64,000 bases of DNA. Source: an uncultured Pelagibacteraceae bacterium. GTDB lineage: Bacteria; Pseudomonadota; Alphaproteobacteria; Pelagibacterales; AG-422-B15. The notes under the pieces were generated by a model, which saw only the letters and a program-made list of their open reading frames with translations, had not been told where the DNA came from and did not search any database. The position numbers and the translations under genes were made by a program. Each line of letters opens with the position of its first letter. The first letter of the stretch is position 1. The stretch is from NCBI GenBank assembly GCA_902612095.1, contig CACMBZ010000001.1, positions 41,311 through 105,310 on the forward strand. Direction: 5' to 3'. Below, piece by piece: positions 39,966 to 51,216 of the stretch.

Positions 39966-40049
39966 TATGTGGAAATTCCTTAAAAATTCATTCTTTCCGT
40001 ACCATTAACTCTCATATTTTTCAAGCATTGGAATGTCGCAATTCGAATT

Positions 40050-42044
40050 TTATACAAAGCTAAATGGGTCGATATCCACAGATATGTTTACGCTCGATAA
40101 TGATTTGGAATTCTTGAGCCAAGCATTGACTATTTTTTGCATATTTCTGGCTTTTTTGTCATGTATCAAAAATCTCTGCCTGTGGCGTCCTTTTAACTTG
40201 GACAATGGGGCTGGCGCTGGACCATATATTTCAAGTTCTGAAATATTTGGAATAGAACCAAACATGATACTGCATTGCTCCCTCACCTTGGCAATATTAT
40301 TTCCACTAACAATAATTGCTGCCATTTTTCCTGAGGGTGGAAGGTTATTAAGCTTGCGATAATATATTTCATTTTCATAAAATGCATCTCGATCTAATTG
40401 TGCAAGAGACTGAATGGTTTCGTTTTCAGGATAATATGTTTGAATAATCACTCTTCCTTTTGTTTGAGCCCGTCCTGCTCTTCCAGATACTTGGTATAAG
40501 GCCTGATAAGTTTTTTCAGAAGCTCTCAGATCACCACCTTTCAATGTCATATCCGCATCAATTATTCCAACACATGCAAGGTTAGGGAAGTGATAACCTT
40601 TAGTTATAAGTTGAGTTCCAATAATAATATCGTATTCATGATCTTTAATTTGTTTTACCTTTATTTCTAATTCATCTTGTGATTTTATATGATCACTAGA
40701 GAATAGGCATATCTTTGCCAAGGGAAAAGTTTTTGAAATTTCTGTAAATATTTTTTCAATGCCGGCTCCATAATCAATAAAGTGGCTATCATTATTTTGA
40801 CATGAAGGACATTCTAAGCCCTTTGTTAAAATACTATGACCGCAGTGATGACATAGTAATTTTCTATTTTTTAAATGTTCTACTAAGTAACTTGAGCAGT
40901 TTTTACATGTTATTTTATGCCCACATGACTTACAAATAATTACGGGTGCATATCCTCTTTTGTTGATATAAAGCAATGTCTGCTGTTTCTTTTTCAATGT
41001 ATGACTGATTTCTTTAATGAGTCTTTCAGATAACCATTGATCTTTTTTTAATTTTTCCTTTTTCATATTAACTATGAAAATTTCATTTTCTTCTTGATTA
41101 AAATACTTATTTTTAATCGAAACTTTATTATATTTTTTATTCATCACATTAAAAATTGTCTCGAGTGATGGGGTAGCGCTTGTTAAAATAATTGGAATAT
41201 CTTCTATTGAACTCTTAACGACTGACATATCCCGTGCGTGGTATATACCTTGTTCTTCTTGTTTATAAGAGCTGTCATGTTCTTCATCTAAGACAATCAT
41301 TGATAGGTTTTTGTATGGTAGAAATAAAGAGGAACGAGCACCAATAATAATTTGGGAAGTGCCATCAATAATGCTCTTTAATACTTTTGTTTTATAAGCA
41401 GTACTTATCTTTGAGTGCCAAACTACTGGCGAAAACCCAAATCGTTCTTCAATTCTATTTACAAAATCTCCTGTCAATGAAACTTCTGGGAACATAATTA
41501 AAACTTGTTCACCGTCTTTAATAAATTTTTTTATAATATCAAAATAAACTTCTGTTTTTCCAGATCCAGGGACACCATCAAGTAGGACAGTCTTAAAATT
41601 TCGTTGTTGGAAAATTTTTAGTATATCTTGAGAAGCCATTTTTTGCTCTAAACTTAGCTTTATTGCCTTAACATTTTTTTTAATATTCGAAGTGAGTTCT
41701 TTTGTTTTTTTCTTCTTAAAATAAAATTTACTATGCGACAAAATCATTTTGAGAACTAACCCTCTATCAATTAAATTGTAATTACTAACCCAATTTAAAA
41801 ACTTTATCATTTTTGAATTCAGTCTATATTCGGGTGAAATTTCTTTTATAAATTTCAACTTTATTTTTGAATCATTTAAAACACTGTTTACTTTGGTGAT
41901 AACTCCAATTTTTTCTCCTGAGCGCAAAGGAGCTAAAACAATCATTCCAACTCTAGGTTTTTCAATCGTTTCATGCTTATAGGTAAATTCTTCACTTACA
42001 TTGTGAGCTAATAAGACATCTATATAGTAAATAATTTTATTCAT
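40050..42044 (-). CDS. priA: primosomal replication-restart helicase PriA
   Basis: 664 aa; GVPGSGKTEVY, DEEHD, the Cys-rich zinc-binding insert (CKSCGH..CKNCS..HHCGH...CPSCQ), and TQLITKGYHFP. Confidence 0.9.
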   Translation of the reverse strand: MNKIIYYIDVLLAHNVSEEFTYKHETIEKPRVGMIVLAPLRSGEKIGVITKVNSVLNDSKIKLKFIKEISPEYRLNSKMIKFLNWVSNYNLIDRGLVLKMILSHSKFYFKKKKTKELTSNIKKNVKAIKLSLEQKMASQDILKIFQQRNFKTVLLDGVPGSGKTEVYFDIIKKFIKDGEQVLIMFPEVSLTGDFVNRIEERFGFSPVVWHSKISTAYKTKVLKSIIDGTSQIIIGARSSLFLPYKNLSMIVLDEEHDSSYKQEEQGIYHARDMSVVKSSIEDIPIILTSATPSLETIFNVMNKKYNKVSIKNKYFNQEENEIFIVNMKKEKLKKDQWLSERLIKEISHTLKKKQQTLLYINKRGYAPVIICKSCGHKITCKNCSSYLVEHLKNRKLLCHHCGHSILTKGLECPSCQNNDSHFIDYGAGIEKIFTEISKTFPLAKICLFSSDHIKSQDELEIKVKQIKDHEYDIIIGTQLITKGYHFPNLACVGIIDADMTLKGGDLRASEKTYQALYQVSGRAGRAQTKGRVIIQTYYPENETIQSLAQLDRDAFYENEIYYRKLNNLPPSGKMAAIIVSGNNIAKVREQCSIMFGSIPNISELEIYGPAPAPLSKLKGRHRQRFLIHDKKARNMQKIVNAWLKNSKSLSSVNISVDIDPFSFV

Positions 42045-42102
42045 AAATTTTGTTTGAATCTCTAACTATGATATAAATATATCAGTCAAAATATTATTTG
42101 TT

Positions 42103-42759
42103 ATGGAATTTTTTTTAGATACAGCAGATGTAGAAGTAATTAGAGAATTTAAAGAAACCGGCTTGATTAATGGAATTACAACCAATCCATCATTAGTGGC
42201 CAAATCAGGAAAAGATTTTAAAAAAATACTTAAAGAAATTTCTAAAATGATAAAAGGGCCGATCAGTGCTGAAGTTACAGCCATTGAATGCGAGGGAATG
42301 ATTGCAGAAGCAAAAATACTATCAAAAATTTCTAAAAATATTGTTATTAAGTTACCTCTAACAGAACAAGGACTTAAAGCTTGTAAGATACTAAGCGGCA
42401 AAAAGATCAAGACCAATGTAACCCTATGTTTTTCAGCTGCGCAGGCATTAATTGCTGCTAAATGTGGAGCAACATATATATCTCCATTTGTTGGACGATT
42501 AGATGATATAGGTGAAAATGGAATGAACCTAATTAGAGAAATTAAAGCAATATATTCAAATTATAAAAATATTAAAACAAAAATATTAGTTGCTTCAGTT
42601 AGAACTGTTGATCATGTTATTGAGTCTGGGATGATTGGTGCTGACGTAGTCACCTTGCCGCCTGCAACGCTTGCAAAGCTATATAAGCATCCCTTAACAG
42701 ATAAGGGTTTAAAAGCTTTTCTCGATGATTGGAAAAAAACAAATCAAAAAATTCTTTAG
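42103..42759 (+). CDS. tal: transaldolase, short type 3B (fructose-6-phosphate-aldolase-like)
   Basis: 218 aa; [15 protein letters not shown]...GITTNPSL...IKLP...ISPFVGR. Confidence 0.85.
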   Translation: MEFFLDTADVEVIREFKETGLINGITTNPSLVAKSGKDFKKILKEISKMIKGPISAEVTAIECEGMIAEAKILSKISKNIVIKLPLTEQGLKACKILSGKKIKTNVTLCFSAAQALIAAKCGATYISPFVGRLDDIGENGMNLIREIKAIYSNYKNIKTKILVASVRTVDHVIESGMIGADVVTLPPATLAKLYKHPLTDKGLKAFLDDWKKTNQKIL

Positions 42760-42762
42760 TGT

Positions 42763-43680
42763 GTGAATAATCAAGTTAAAGAATGCTTTCACGATTGGAT
42801 TGAGAATTTACAGAAAGTTAGAAACTTAAGTAACAACACGCTTATAAGCTACAAAAATGACATTGAAAAATTTTTAATTTTTTCAAAGGATTATTTTGGT
42901 GGAAGCTTATCAATGAGTGATCTTGATAATATGCAAATTTCTGACTTCAGAAGTTTCTTATCCTTTTTAAGAAATCAAGGCATTGGAACTACATCAATTG
43001 CACGAGTGATATCATCATTAAAATCTTTTTTTAATTTCTTAGTAAAGAATGAAAAAATAAAAAATAGTACGATACAATCTTTAAAATCTCCTAAAACAAA
43101 AAAGTCTTTGCCCAGACCAATTTCAGCTGATCTTGCAATTGAAGCTATTAAATATTCGCAAGAAATTGAAAAAGAGAAATGGGTAGGATTACGAAATAAG
43201 TCAATCCTTATGCTTTTATATGGATGTGGATTGAGAATATCTGAGGCATTAAATTTAAATTATGATGATATTAATGAGAATGAATATTTGGTTATTAGAG
43301 GAAAAGGTAACAAAGAAAGACTCGTGCCTTTAATGGAATTTATTAAGCGCGAAATAAAAGAATATATAAAAGAGTGTCCAAAAGGTTTTGAAAATGGTGA
43401 TCCACTTTTTTTAGGTAAAAGAATGAACCGTCTCAGTCCGAGAATTATTCAGTATACTTTGGAAAAAATTAGACATAATTTGTCTTTACCTGAAACTGCA
43501 ACCCCTCATGCGTTGAGACATAGTTTTGCTACACATTTGCTGGACTCAGGTGGAGACCTGAGAACAATTCAGGAATTATTGGGACATAGCAGTCTTTCCA
43601 CAACTCAAAGATATACCAAAGTTGAGACTGAGCGACTATATGAAGCATATTCAAAAACCCATCCGCTTGCTAAGAAATAA
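42763..43680 (+). CDS. tyrosine site-specific recombinase XerC/XerD family
   Basis: 305 aa, GTG start. Catalytic R...HxLRH...LGHSSLSTTQRYT(Y) motifs. XerC versus XerD cannot be decided by eye. Confidence 0.8.
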   Translation: MNNQVKECFHDWIENLQKVRNLSNNTLISYKNDIEKFLIFSKDYFGGSLSMSDLDNMQISDFRSFLSFLRNQGIGTTSIARVISSLKSFFNFLVKNEKIKNSTIQSLKSPKTKKSLPRPISADLAIEAIKYSQEIEKEKWVGLRNKSILMLLYGCGLRISEALNLNYDDINENEYLVIRGKGNKERLVPLMEFIKREIKEYIKECPKGFENGDPLFLGKRMNRLSPRIIQYTLEKIRHNLSLPETATPHALRHSFATHLLDSGGDLRTIQELLGHSSLSTTQRYTKVETERLYEAYSKTHPLAKK

Positions 43681-43701
43681 ATAAATTATATATTAACATA
43701 T

Positions 43702-44097
43702 ATGCAAAACCCGATATCAAGATGGCATGATGTTGTTAGTCTTCGTGACTATAATGCTCTGACAGAGATACTAGATGAACATGTTATTTTTTATTCTCCA
43801 GTTGTTTATACTCCTCAGCGAGGAAAAGATATTACATTAAAATATTTAATGGCTGCATCAGAAGTATTTAATGCTTCGAATTTTAAATATCACAAAGAAA
43901 TAATTAGAGAAACAAATGCCTGCCTTGAATTTACTTTGACTATTGAAGATACTGATATTAATGGAATCGACCTCATTACATGGAATGAAGCTGGACTTAT
44001 TACTGAATTTAAAGTATTTATCAGACCACTTCAGGGTGTTAACATAATACACAAGATGATGGGCAACATGTTAGAGAGTTTTAAAAATGTCAGTTGA
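43702..44097 (+). CDS. NTF2/SnoaL-like fold small protein, function unknown
   Basis: 131 aa. The pattern W......D...L.E.L.E.V.FYSPV... is typical of SnoaL-like/NTF2-like proteins. Assigned by resemblance only. Confidence 0.5.
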   Translation: MQNPISRWHDVVSLRDYNALTEILDEHVIFYSPVVYTPQRGKDITLKYLMAASEVFNASNFKYHKEIIRETNACLEFTLTIEDTDINGIDLITWNEAGLITEFKVFIRPLQGVNIIHKMMGNMLESFKNVS

Positions 44098-45007
44098 TTT
44101 TTTATTCCAATATTCTGCTCTAGAGCTTTTTTGGTTATTGGTACCGATTTTAATTGGAATAGCAGTTGTAGAAACATTAGCTATATATTTCTTTAAATTG
44201 AAAGGTAAAAATGATTTTAAAGAATGGATATTGAATATGTCCATGGGAGTTTTGAGTTACCCTGTAAATGGAATTTTTGCGTTTATAACACTTGGAGCTC
44301 TATTTTGGGCTAAGGAATTTCAGATTTATACATTCCCATTTACCTTGAGCGCTTTGGTATTGTGCTTCATACTTGACGATTTAACTTTTTATTTACATCA
44401 CAGAATTTGTCATCGATGGCGATGGGGCTGGGGGCTGCATCGAACTCATCACTCTTCAGAAAGAATGGGCATCGATGTAGGTGCAAGACAGCCATTTACA
44501 AAACACTTCACTGGAACTCGAATGCTCAAAATTCCACTTGTAATCATTGGCTTTGATCCAGTAATGGTTTTATTCTGTGTGTTTATAAACGGTTACTACC
44601 AATATTTGTGCCACACTCAAACTATATATAAGTTACCACATTGGTATGAGTATTTATTCAATACACCTTCACATCACAGAGTTCATCATGCAAGAAATCC
44701 GAAGTACCTTGATGCAAATTATGCTGGAACATTAATGGTTTGGGATAGAATGTTTGGAACATTTGTTGCTGAAGATCCAAAAGAGCCTTGTGACTATGGA
44801 TTGGTGGTTCCGATGACATCTTTGAATCCTTTCAGGATATTATTTGAAGAATATGCAAATATATTTAAAGACATTTCAATGCGCGGCATTTCTCTTAAAG
44901 ATAGATTTATGTACCTTTTTGGCCCTCCTGGGTGGTCGCATGACGGAACTCGAAAAACTTCAACTCAAATTAAAGAGGATTATAACAGGGCGATAAAAAG
45001 TCATTAA
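44087..45007 (+). CDS. fatty acid hydroxylase / sterol-desaturase-superfamily integral membrane di-iron oxygenase
   Basis: 306 aa, N-terminal TM helices, and three His boxes: HHRICH, HRTHH, HHRVHH. Confidence 0.75.
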   Translation: MSVDFLFQYSALELFWLLVPILIGIAVVETLAIYFFKLKGKNDFKEWILNMSMGVLSYPVNGIFAFITLGALFWAKEFQIYTFPFTLSALVLCFILDDLTFYLHHRICHRWRWGWGLHRTHHSSERMGIDVGARQPFTKHFTGTRMLKIPLVIIGFDPVMVLFCVFINGYYQYLCHTQTIYKLPHWYEYLFNTPSHHRVHHARNPKYLDANYAGTLMVWDRMFGTFVAEDPKEPCDYGLVVPMTSLNPFRILFEEYANIFKDISMRGISLKDRFMYLFGPPGWSHDGTRKTSTQIKEDYNRAIKSH

Positions 45008-45597
45008 TGACACCTCCAGCTCATTTTGCTCTTTCTGAAATACTAATTGTAATAGCTGGCGCATACTCAATAAGAGTCTTTTTGCAACATAAGCTAAACT
45101 TTGCTGCTGCTGGAGTTTTAGTACTGGCAGTCGCAGCTTTTTTAGCAACCCTTAGGTTTGGCTTGAACATGCATACCGAGCTGAAGTCTTCACATCAATT
45201 GTTCTCAGTTCTATCACTTCTATTCGGAGTGCCACTCATCACGATAGACGTCATCAAAAAAAGTCAGTTCCTTAATGAAAAGATAATTTTTATTTTTGCA
45301 TTAATAATGGCATTGATAAGTATATATATTTTCTTTCAAGCAAAGAGTTTAATCATTATGTATGCTGTTACGTGGCTTGTTCTTGGAATAATTTTTTCTT
45401 TTTTGATGCCAAGAGAAAAAATTTCCTCTCGTTTCGTATCAAGCTTCATTTTTTCAATAATACTGATTAATTTTATTATGAGACAGGTTCAGCTGTTTGA
45501 ACCAAACCTCGGCTGGCATTTTTATCATGTTGTTGTAGCAGTCTGGCTGTACTTGATGACTTTATTAATGACAAAAAAGGAAGTTAAATATGAATAG
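45007..45597 (+). CDS. polytopic membrane protein (6-7 TM), no recognisable family
   Basis: 196-aa hydrophobic ORF. Its start is coupled to the upstream stop (TAATG), which supports a real gene. Its 3' end overlaps lpdA by 14 nt. Confidence 0.5.
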   Translation: MTPPAHFALSEILIVIAGAYSIRVFLQHKLNFAAAGVLVLAVAAFLATLRFGLNMHTELKSSHQLFSVLSLLFGVPLITIDVIKKSQFLNEKIIFIFALIMALISIYIFFQAKSLIIMYAVTWLVLGIIFSFLMPREKISSRFVSSFIFSIILINFIMRQVQLFEPNLGWHFYHVVVAVWLYLMTLLMTKKEVKYE

Positions 45598-46975
45598 CTT
45601 GATTATCCACGTTTAACGCAGCTTCTTTTATTGATTCTGTTAGAGTTGGATGTGCGTGACACGTTCTTGCGATATCCTCAGCTGATGCTCCAAATTCCAT
45701 TGCAATTGTGAGTTCGCCAATAAGGTTGCCGGCATCTGCTCCAATGATATGAACACCTAATACTTCATCTGTATTTTTATCAGATAAGATCTTCACAAAC
45801 CCGCTTGTTTCATTCATCACTTTAGCTTTACCATTCGCTGAAAACGGAAATTTACCTATTTTGTATATGATGTTGTTTTTCTTTAATTCTTCCTCTGTTT
45901 TTCCAACTGATGCAACTTCTGGGGCAGTATAAATAACCGATGGAATTGTATTATAGTTAACGTGTCCAGCCTGACCGTCAATAATCTCAGCTACAGCAGT
46001 ACCTTCTTCTGAAGCTTTATGGGCAAGCATTGGTCCTACTTTACAATCACCGATTGCATAAATATTTTCAATCGAAGTATTAAAATGCTGATTAGTCTCA
46101 ATAAAGCCTTTATCATTCGTTTTTACTCCTATCTTCTCTAAGTTCAAACCAAAAGTGTAAGGTTTTCGACCAGTCGATATTAAAACTTTATCACAATCCA
46201 TATCAAGAGTTTGACCATTGTTTTCAACCGAAACAGAAAGCGAGCCGTTGCTTTTATTTACCTTTCTCAGAGCAGTGGAAAGTTTAAAATCAAATCCTTG
46301 TTTAATGAGTATTTTTTGAAAAGCATCAGAAATTTCTTGGTCCATTCCAGGAAGTATTCGGTCAGCATATTCAATAACCGTTACCTTTGACCCTAGTCTT
46401 GACCAAACAGATCCCATTTCCAGGCCAATGTAACCTGCACCAATAACCATTAAGTGCTTTGGAACAGACGATAAACTTAAAGCTCCAGTGGATGATAAGA
46501 TATCAATTTCATCAATGACCACTCCCTCAGGTGAAACAACTTCTGAACCTGTAGCAATAATTGTTTTAGATGATTTAATAACCTCAGAACTATCGCCAGT
46601 TAAAATCTCAATTTGCTCATTGTCAATGAACTTCGCAAATCCCAATTTTCTTGTAACTTTATTTTTTTTAAAAAGAAAGTCGATACCACTTGTAAGTGAC
46701 TCGACGCTTTCATTTTTAGATTTCATTATTTTATTTAAATCAAACGATACGTTATCAAAATTAATGCCTAATTGATTAAGTTCTGAAGCTTGATGAAATA
46801 AATGAGAAGAATGCAATAGAGATTTTGAGGGAATACATCCAATATTTAAGCAGGTACCGCCAAGCGTTTGTCCCTTTTCGATACAACAAACTTTGTATCC
46901 AAGTTGTGATGCCCTAATTGCGCAAACGTAACCAGCAGGCCCGCTGCCAATCACTGTGATATCAAATTGTTCCAA
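45584..46975 (-). CDS. lpdA: dihydrolipoyl dehydrogenase (E3)
   Basis: 463 aa; GSGPAGY and redox disulfide GGTCLNIGCIPSK. Confidence 0.92.
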   Translation of the reverse strand: MEQFDITVIGSGPAGYVCAIRASQLGYKVCCIEKGQTLGGTCLNIGCIPSKSLLHSSHLFHQASELNQLGINFDNVSFDLNKIMKSKNESVESLTSGIDFLFKKNKVTRKLGFAKFIDNEQIEILTGDSSEVIKSSKTIIATGSEVVSPEGVVIDEIDILSSTGALSLSSVPKHLMVIGAGYIGLEMGSVWSRLGSKVTVIEYADRILPGMDQEISDAFQKILIKQGFDFKLSTALRKVNKSNGSLSVSVENNGQTLDMDCDKVLISTGRKPYTFGLNLEKIGVKTNDKGFIETNQHFNTSIENIYAIGDCKVGPMLAHKASEEGTAVAEIIDGQAGHVNYNTIPSVIYTAPEVASVGKTEEELKKNNIIYKIGKFPFSANGKAKVMNETSGFVKILSDKNTDEVLGVHIIGADAGNLIGELTIAMEFGASAEDIARTCHAHPTLTESIKEAALNVDNQAIHI

Positions 46976-46976
46976 A

Positions 46977-48215
46977 TTAAACTCCTAACAATAATCTACT
47001 TGGATCCTCTAGACCCTCTTTAACTCTCACTAAAAAAGTTACGGCTCCTTTACCGTCTACTATTCTATGATCGTATGAAAGGGCAAGATACATCATGGGT
47101 CTAATTGTTATTTCACCATCAATAGCTATGGGTCTTTCTTCTATTTTATGCATTCCCAATATTCCTGATTGAGGTGGATTTAATATTGGAGTTGACATTA
47201 AAGATCCATAAACACCACCATTGGATATTGTAAATGTACCACCCTGCATATCTTCAATACTTAATTGGCCAGAACGAGCTTTCTGTCCAAGTTGATAGAT
47301 TTCTTTTTCTACTTCAACAAGAGATTTTTTATCGGCGTCTTTAACAACGGGTACGACGAGGCCTTGATCAGTTCCAACAGCAACACCAATATTGTAAAAG
47401 TTTTTATAAATGACGTCGTTGTTTTCAATTTCTGCATTTACTTCAGGAATATCTCTCAGCGCAGTTATACATGCTTTCACAAAAAAAGACATGAAGCCTA
47501 ATTTCACGCCATACTTTTTTTCAAATTCTGATTTATGATCATTACGTGTCTTTATAAGCTCACTCATATCAACCTCATTAAATGTTGTGAGCATAGCAGC
47601 ATTATTCTGAGCATCCTTTAAACGTTTCGCTATGGTTTGCCTTAAACGAGACATGGGCACTCGTTCTTCTCTTTTATTGGTTTGTCTAATTGTTTGAGGA
47701 GTATTTTCTTGTTTTTCTATATTTTGATAATTTATGACGTCAGATTTAGTAATTCTACCATCCTCTCTTGAAGAGGTTACAGTATTAATATTTATATTCT
47801 TTTCAGCAGCAATTTTTCTTACAGCAGGGGATAATTTTTGATTATTTAAATTATCAATTTGAATGGGCATCTCTTCTTTTGGTGGAGACTTTACTTCCTC
47901 AGGAATAATTTTTTCTGGAGTCGTAACTGATTTTTCATTTTCTGGTTCTGACTGTTTAACTTTTTGGTCTACAGATGCATTTTCATCAATAGACCCTAAG
48001 ACTGCACCAACTTCAACGGTTGAACCTTCTTCTGCGTTGATTTTTTGTATACAGCCATTTGATGGCGAAGGAACTTCAAGAGTTACTTTATCTGTTTCAA
48101 GCTCAAGCAGTGGTTCATCGACGGATACAGAGTCACCTTCATTCTTATACCATTTTGCTACCGTTGCCTCTACAACGCTTTCTCCGAGAGAAGGAACTTT
48201 GATTTCAACAGACAT
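46977..48215 (-). CDS. sucB: 2-oxoglutarate dehydrogenase E2 (dihydrolipoamide succinyltransferase)
   Basis: 412 aa; lipoyl domain ([12 protein letters not shown]) and catalytic DHRIVDG. Confidence 0.92.
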   Translation of the reverse strand: MSVEIKVPSLGESVVEATVAKWYKNEGDSVSVDEPLLELETDKVTLEVPSPSNGCIQKINAEEGSTVEVGAVLGSIDENASVDQKVKQSEPENEKSVTTPEKIIPEEVKSPPKEEMPIQIDNLNNQKLSPAVRKIAAEKNININTVTSSREDGRITKSDVINYQNIEKQENTPQTIRQTNKREERVPMSRLRQTIAKRLKDAQNNAAMLTTFNEVDMSELIKTRNDHKSEFEKKYGVKLGFMSFFVKACITALRDIPEVNAEIENNDVIYKNFYNIGVAVGTDQGLVVPVVKDADKKSLVEVEKEIYQLGQKARSGQLSIEDMQGGTFTISNGGVYGSLMSTPILNPPQSGILGMHKIEERPIAIDGEITIRPMMYLALSYDHRIVDGKGAVTFLVRVKEGLEDPSRLLLGV

Positions 48216-48241
48216 ATTTAATATTTAACACTTTAAGATTA

Positions 48242-51202
48242 TTATTCAATCGGCAGTTTAAATTTAACTAATGTTACGCCATCCTTGTGTGTTTTAATTT
48301 CATTTATATCACTCTCTACAGCTAGCTTTATAATATTGGCTTGGTTTTCTGCATGACGATTAGCTATACCAGTAGCAGGAGATGCGGATGCCTTTCTACC
48401 TATAAATAGTAGTTCTTTGTATTTTCCTGTTATTCCCTGTAATACTGACTCAATACGATGTTTAACAAATCTGAATGCTCCCATATTTGATGGCTCTTCT
48501 TGAACCCAAAATATTTCAGCATTTGGAAACTGCAACACTTCTTCTTTTAAAACTTCATAAGGAAATGGATACAATTGATCAAATCTTAAAATGTGTACAT
48601 TATCTTTTTTTAATTTTTCAAGATGGTCATCAAGCTCAAAATATATTTTTCCAGAACATAAAAGCAATCTATTTACTTTTGATTTTTGTTCTGAAGTCAG
48701 TTCTTTTCTTAAAATACGATGAAAGGTTGATCCATTTGTAAATTCTTCAATGCTAGATGTATTTTTTTTGTGCCTTAATGTAGATTTAGGTGTCATGATA
48801 ACTAGTGGTTTTCTGAAATCTCTATGAAGCTGTCTTCTAAGAGCATGAAAATAATTTGCGGGTGAAGTACAATTAACAACTTGAATATTGTCCTCGGCAC
48901 ACATTTGTAAAAATCTCTCTAATCTTCCACTTGTGTGTTCAGGCCCCTGACCTTCATGGCCGTGTGGCAAAAGCAACGTCAGACCTGACATTCTTAACCA
49001 TTTTCTCTCACCAGTAGTTATGAATTGGTCAATTATTGTCTGAGCATTGTTTGCAAAGTCACCAAATTGACCCTCCCAAAGCACTAGAGTTCTTGGATCA
49101 ACTTGTGAATAACCATATTCGAAACCCAAAACACCATACTCAGATAAAAAACTATCAATGATTTCAAAAAATCCTTGTTTTTCTCTAAAATGTCTCAATG
49201 GTACAAATCTTTTCTCGCTTACTTGATCATAAAGAACTGCATGTCTTTGACTAAAAGTGCCTCTGCCCGAGTCTTGACCTGAAAGCCTTACTCCATAACC
49301 TTCTGATAACAATGAAGCAAATGCAAGAGACTCAGCAGTTGCCCAGTCAATTCCATTACCTGTTTGTATACTTGATAATCTATCATCATAAATTTTTTTT
49401 ATTCTTCTATGTGGGTTAAAGTTTTCTGGAATGGTATGTATTTCTTCCCCAATTTTTAAAAGCTCATTTTCAGTAATAGCTGTTTTACCTCTTCTCGCAT
49501 CGATGGAAGCTACCGTTATACCTTTCCATGAACCTTCAAGCCAGTCAGCTTTATTTGGCTTATACGACTTTGCAAATTTTAACTCTTCATTCAATTTACT
49601 TGCATAAATTGATCTTTCATTTTCAACATCGTCATTAGCTAAAACACCTTCTTCAATAAGTTTTTTTTCATAAATTTTAAGAGTAGACGGGTGAGATTTA
49701 ATTTTTTGATACATTAGCGGCTGTGTAAATTCTGGTAAATCCATTTCATTATGGCCAGATCGACGATAACAAAACATATCTACTACAACGTCAGTTTTAA
49801 ATTTATTTCTAAATTCAACTGCTAATCTACATACATGAACGACTGCTTCAACATCATCTCCATTAACATGAAATATCGGCGCCTGTATGATTTTTGCTAT
49901 TTCGGTACAGTATGGAGCTGAACGACCATAATGAGGCATTGTGGTGAAACCTATTTGATTGTTAATAACAAAATGAATTGTACCTCCTGTGCGAAAACCC
50001 CTTAATTGCGACATCGCAAAAGTTTCTGCAACAACACCTTGTCCAGCCATTGCAGCATCACCATGAATTAATAGTCCTATTACTCTGTCGTTTGTTTTAT
50101 CTTGAAGCAATGTTTGCTCAGCTCTAACTTTTCCTATCACTACGGGATCCACTGCCTCCAAATGTGATGGGTTTGGCGTCAAAGAAAGATGAATTTTTTT
50201 ATCATCAAACTCTCTATCACTTGAAATCCCTAAATGGTACTTCACGTCCCCGGATCCTAAAACTTCATTGGGATCCTCTCCTCCACCCTCAAATTTTGCC
50301 ATAATTGATCGCAAGGGAACTTCCATAACAGATGAAAGAAGGGTTAATCTCCCACGATGTGCGGTTCCTATATATATGTCCTCGACTCCTGCTAAGCAGC
50401 TTTGTTTAATTATTTGTTCAATGCCTGGGACAGTCGACTCACTGCCAACGAGCCCAAACCTTTTGGTGCCTATAAATTTTTTATCAAGGAATTGCTCGAA
50501 CATTTCAGCTTCAAGCAAACGTTTGAATATTGCTTTCTTACCATTTGAGGTAAACTGTGTTTTATTTCTAACTTCCTCTATTCTTTCTTGAACCCATTGC
50601 TTTTGATCAGCATCTTGAATATGAACAAATTCAACACCTATAGATCCGCAATAAGTTTCCTTAAGTATTTCAATAATATTTCTGAGTTTAGCAAAGTTTA
50701 GACCAAGACTTCCGTCAATAAAAATTTCTTTATCAAGGTCATTTTCTTTGAAACCATAATTTCTATAATCAAGTTCAGAATATGTTTTAATTTCTTTTAA
50801 ATTTAGTGGATCCAGATTTGATGCGAGATGACCATTAACTCTGTAAGCCCTGATAAGTCTTATCGCCCTTATTGAGTCAAAAACCTGTTCTTTAAATGCT
50901 TCACTCGTAACAATGTTATCTTTGTTTAATGTTTGGGACTCTATTTTGATTTCACTCTCATTAATATTTTCTAAATTATCTTCTTCATTATTGGTTTCTA
51001 CATTTTGAGATGCCCAACTAGCACGAAGAATATTTTGTTGATTTAAGTTATCTGTAATGCCAGAAAAAAAAGTTCTCCAATCATCTGGAATGTCAGCGGG
51101 ATTATTTTGAAATCTTTCGAACATTTGTTCGATATAAACTGCGTTTGCACCGTGCAGGAAAGATGTTTTATCAAAAATGTCGTTTATGGATGACTTTGTC
51201 AT
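48242..51202 (-). CDS. sucA: 2-oxoglutarate dehydrogenase E1
   Basis: 986 aa with ThDP-binding regions (GDAAMAGQGVV, RFGHNE-like RSGHNEMD). Confidence 0.95.
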   Translation of the reverse strand: MTKSSINDIFDKTSFLHGANAVYIEQMFERFQNNPADIPDDWRTFFSGITDNLNQQNILRASWASQNVETNNEEDNLENINESEIKIESQTLNKDNIVTSEAFKEQVFDSIRAIRLIRAYRVNGHLASNLDPLNLKEIKTYSELDYRNYGFKENDLDKEIFIDGSLGLNFAKLRNIIEILKETYCGSIGVEFVHIQDADQKQWVQERIEEVRNKTQFTSNGKKAIFKRLLEAEMFEQFLDKKFIGTKRFGLVGSESTVPGIEQIIKQSCLAGVEDIYIGTAHRGRLTLLSSVMEVPLRSIMAKFEGGGEDPNEVLGSGDVKYHLGISSDREFDDKKIHLSLTPNPSHLEAVDPVVIGKVRAEQTLLQDKTNDRVIGLLIHGDAAMAGQGVVAETFAMSQLRGFRTGGTIHFVINNQIGFTTMPHYGRSAPYCTEIAKIIQAPIFHVNGDDVEAVVHVCRLAVEFRNKFKTDVVVDMFCYRRSGHNEMDLPEFTQPLMYQKIKSHPSTLKIYEKKLIEEGVLANDDVENERSIYASKLNEELKFAKSYKPNKADWLEGSWKGITVASIDARRGKTAITENELLKIGEEIHTIPENFNPHRRIKKIYDDRLSSIQTGNGIDWATAESLAFASLLSEGYGVRLSGQDSGRGTFSQRHAVLYDQVSEKRFVPLRHFREKQGFFEIIDSFLSEYGVLGFEYGYSQVDPRTLVLWEGQFGDFANNAQTIIDQFITTGERKWLRMSGLTLLLPHGHEGQGPEHTSGRLERFLQMCAEDNIQVVNCTSPANYFHALRRQLHRDFRKPLVIMTPKSTLRHKKNTSSIEEFTNGSTFHRILRKELTSEQKSKVNRLLLCSGKIYFELDDHLEKLKKDNVHILRFDQLYPFPYEVLKEEVLQFPNAEIFWVQEEPSNMGAFRFVKHRIESVLQGITGKYKELLFIGRKASASPATGIANRHAENQANIIKLAVESDINEIKTHKDGVTLVKFKLPIE

Positions 51203-51216
51203 TAAGCAGCTTAATT

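Noticed and set aside
42763-43680. The tyrosine recombinase as a marker of an integrated element, together with tRNA-Leu as a possible att site.
   Set aside because: The recombinase has Xer-type motifs and housekeeping neighbours (priA, tal). The tRNA is 41 kb away and has no partial duplicate. No phage or plasmid genes are present.
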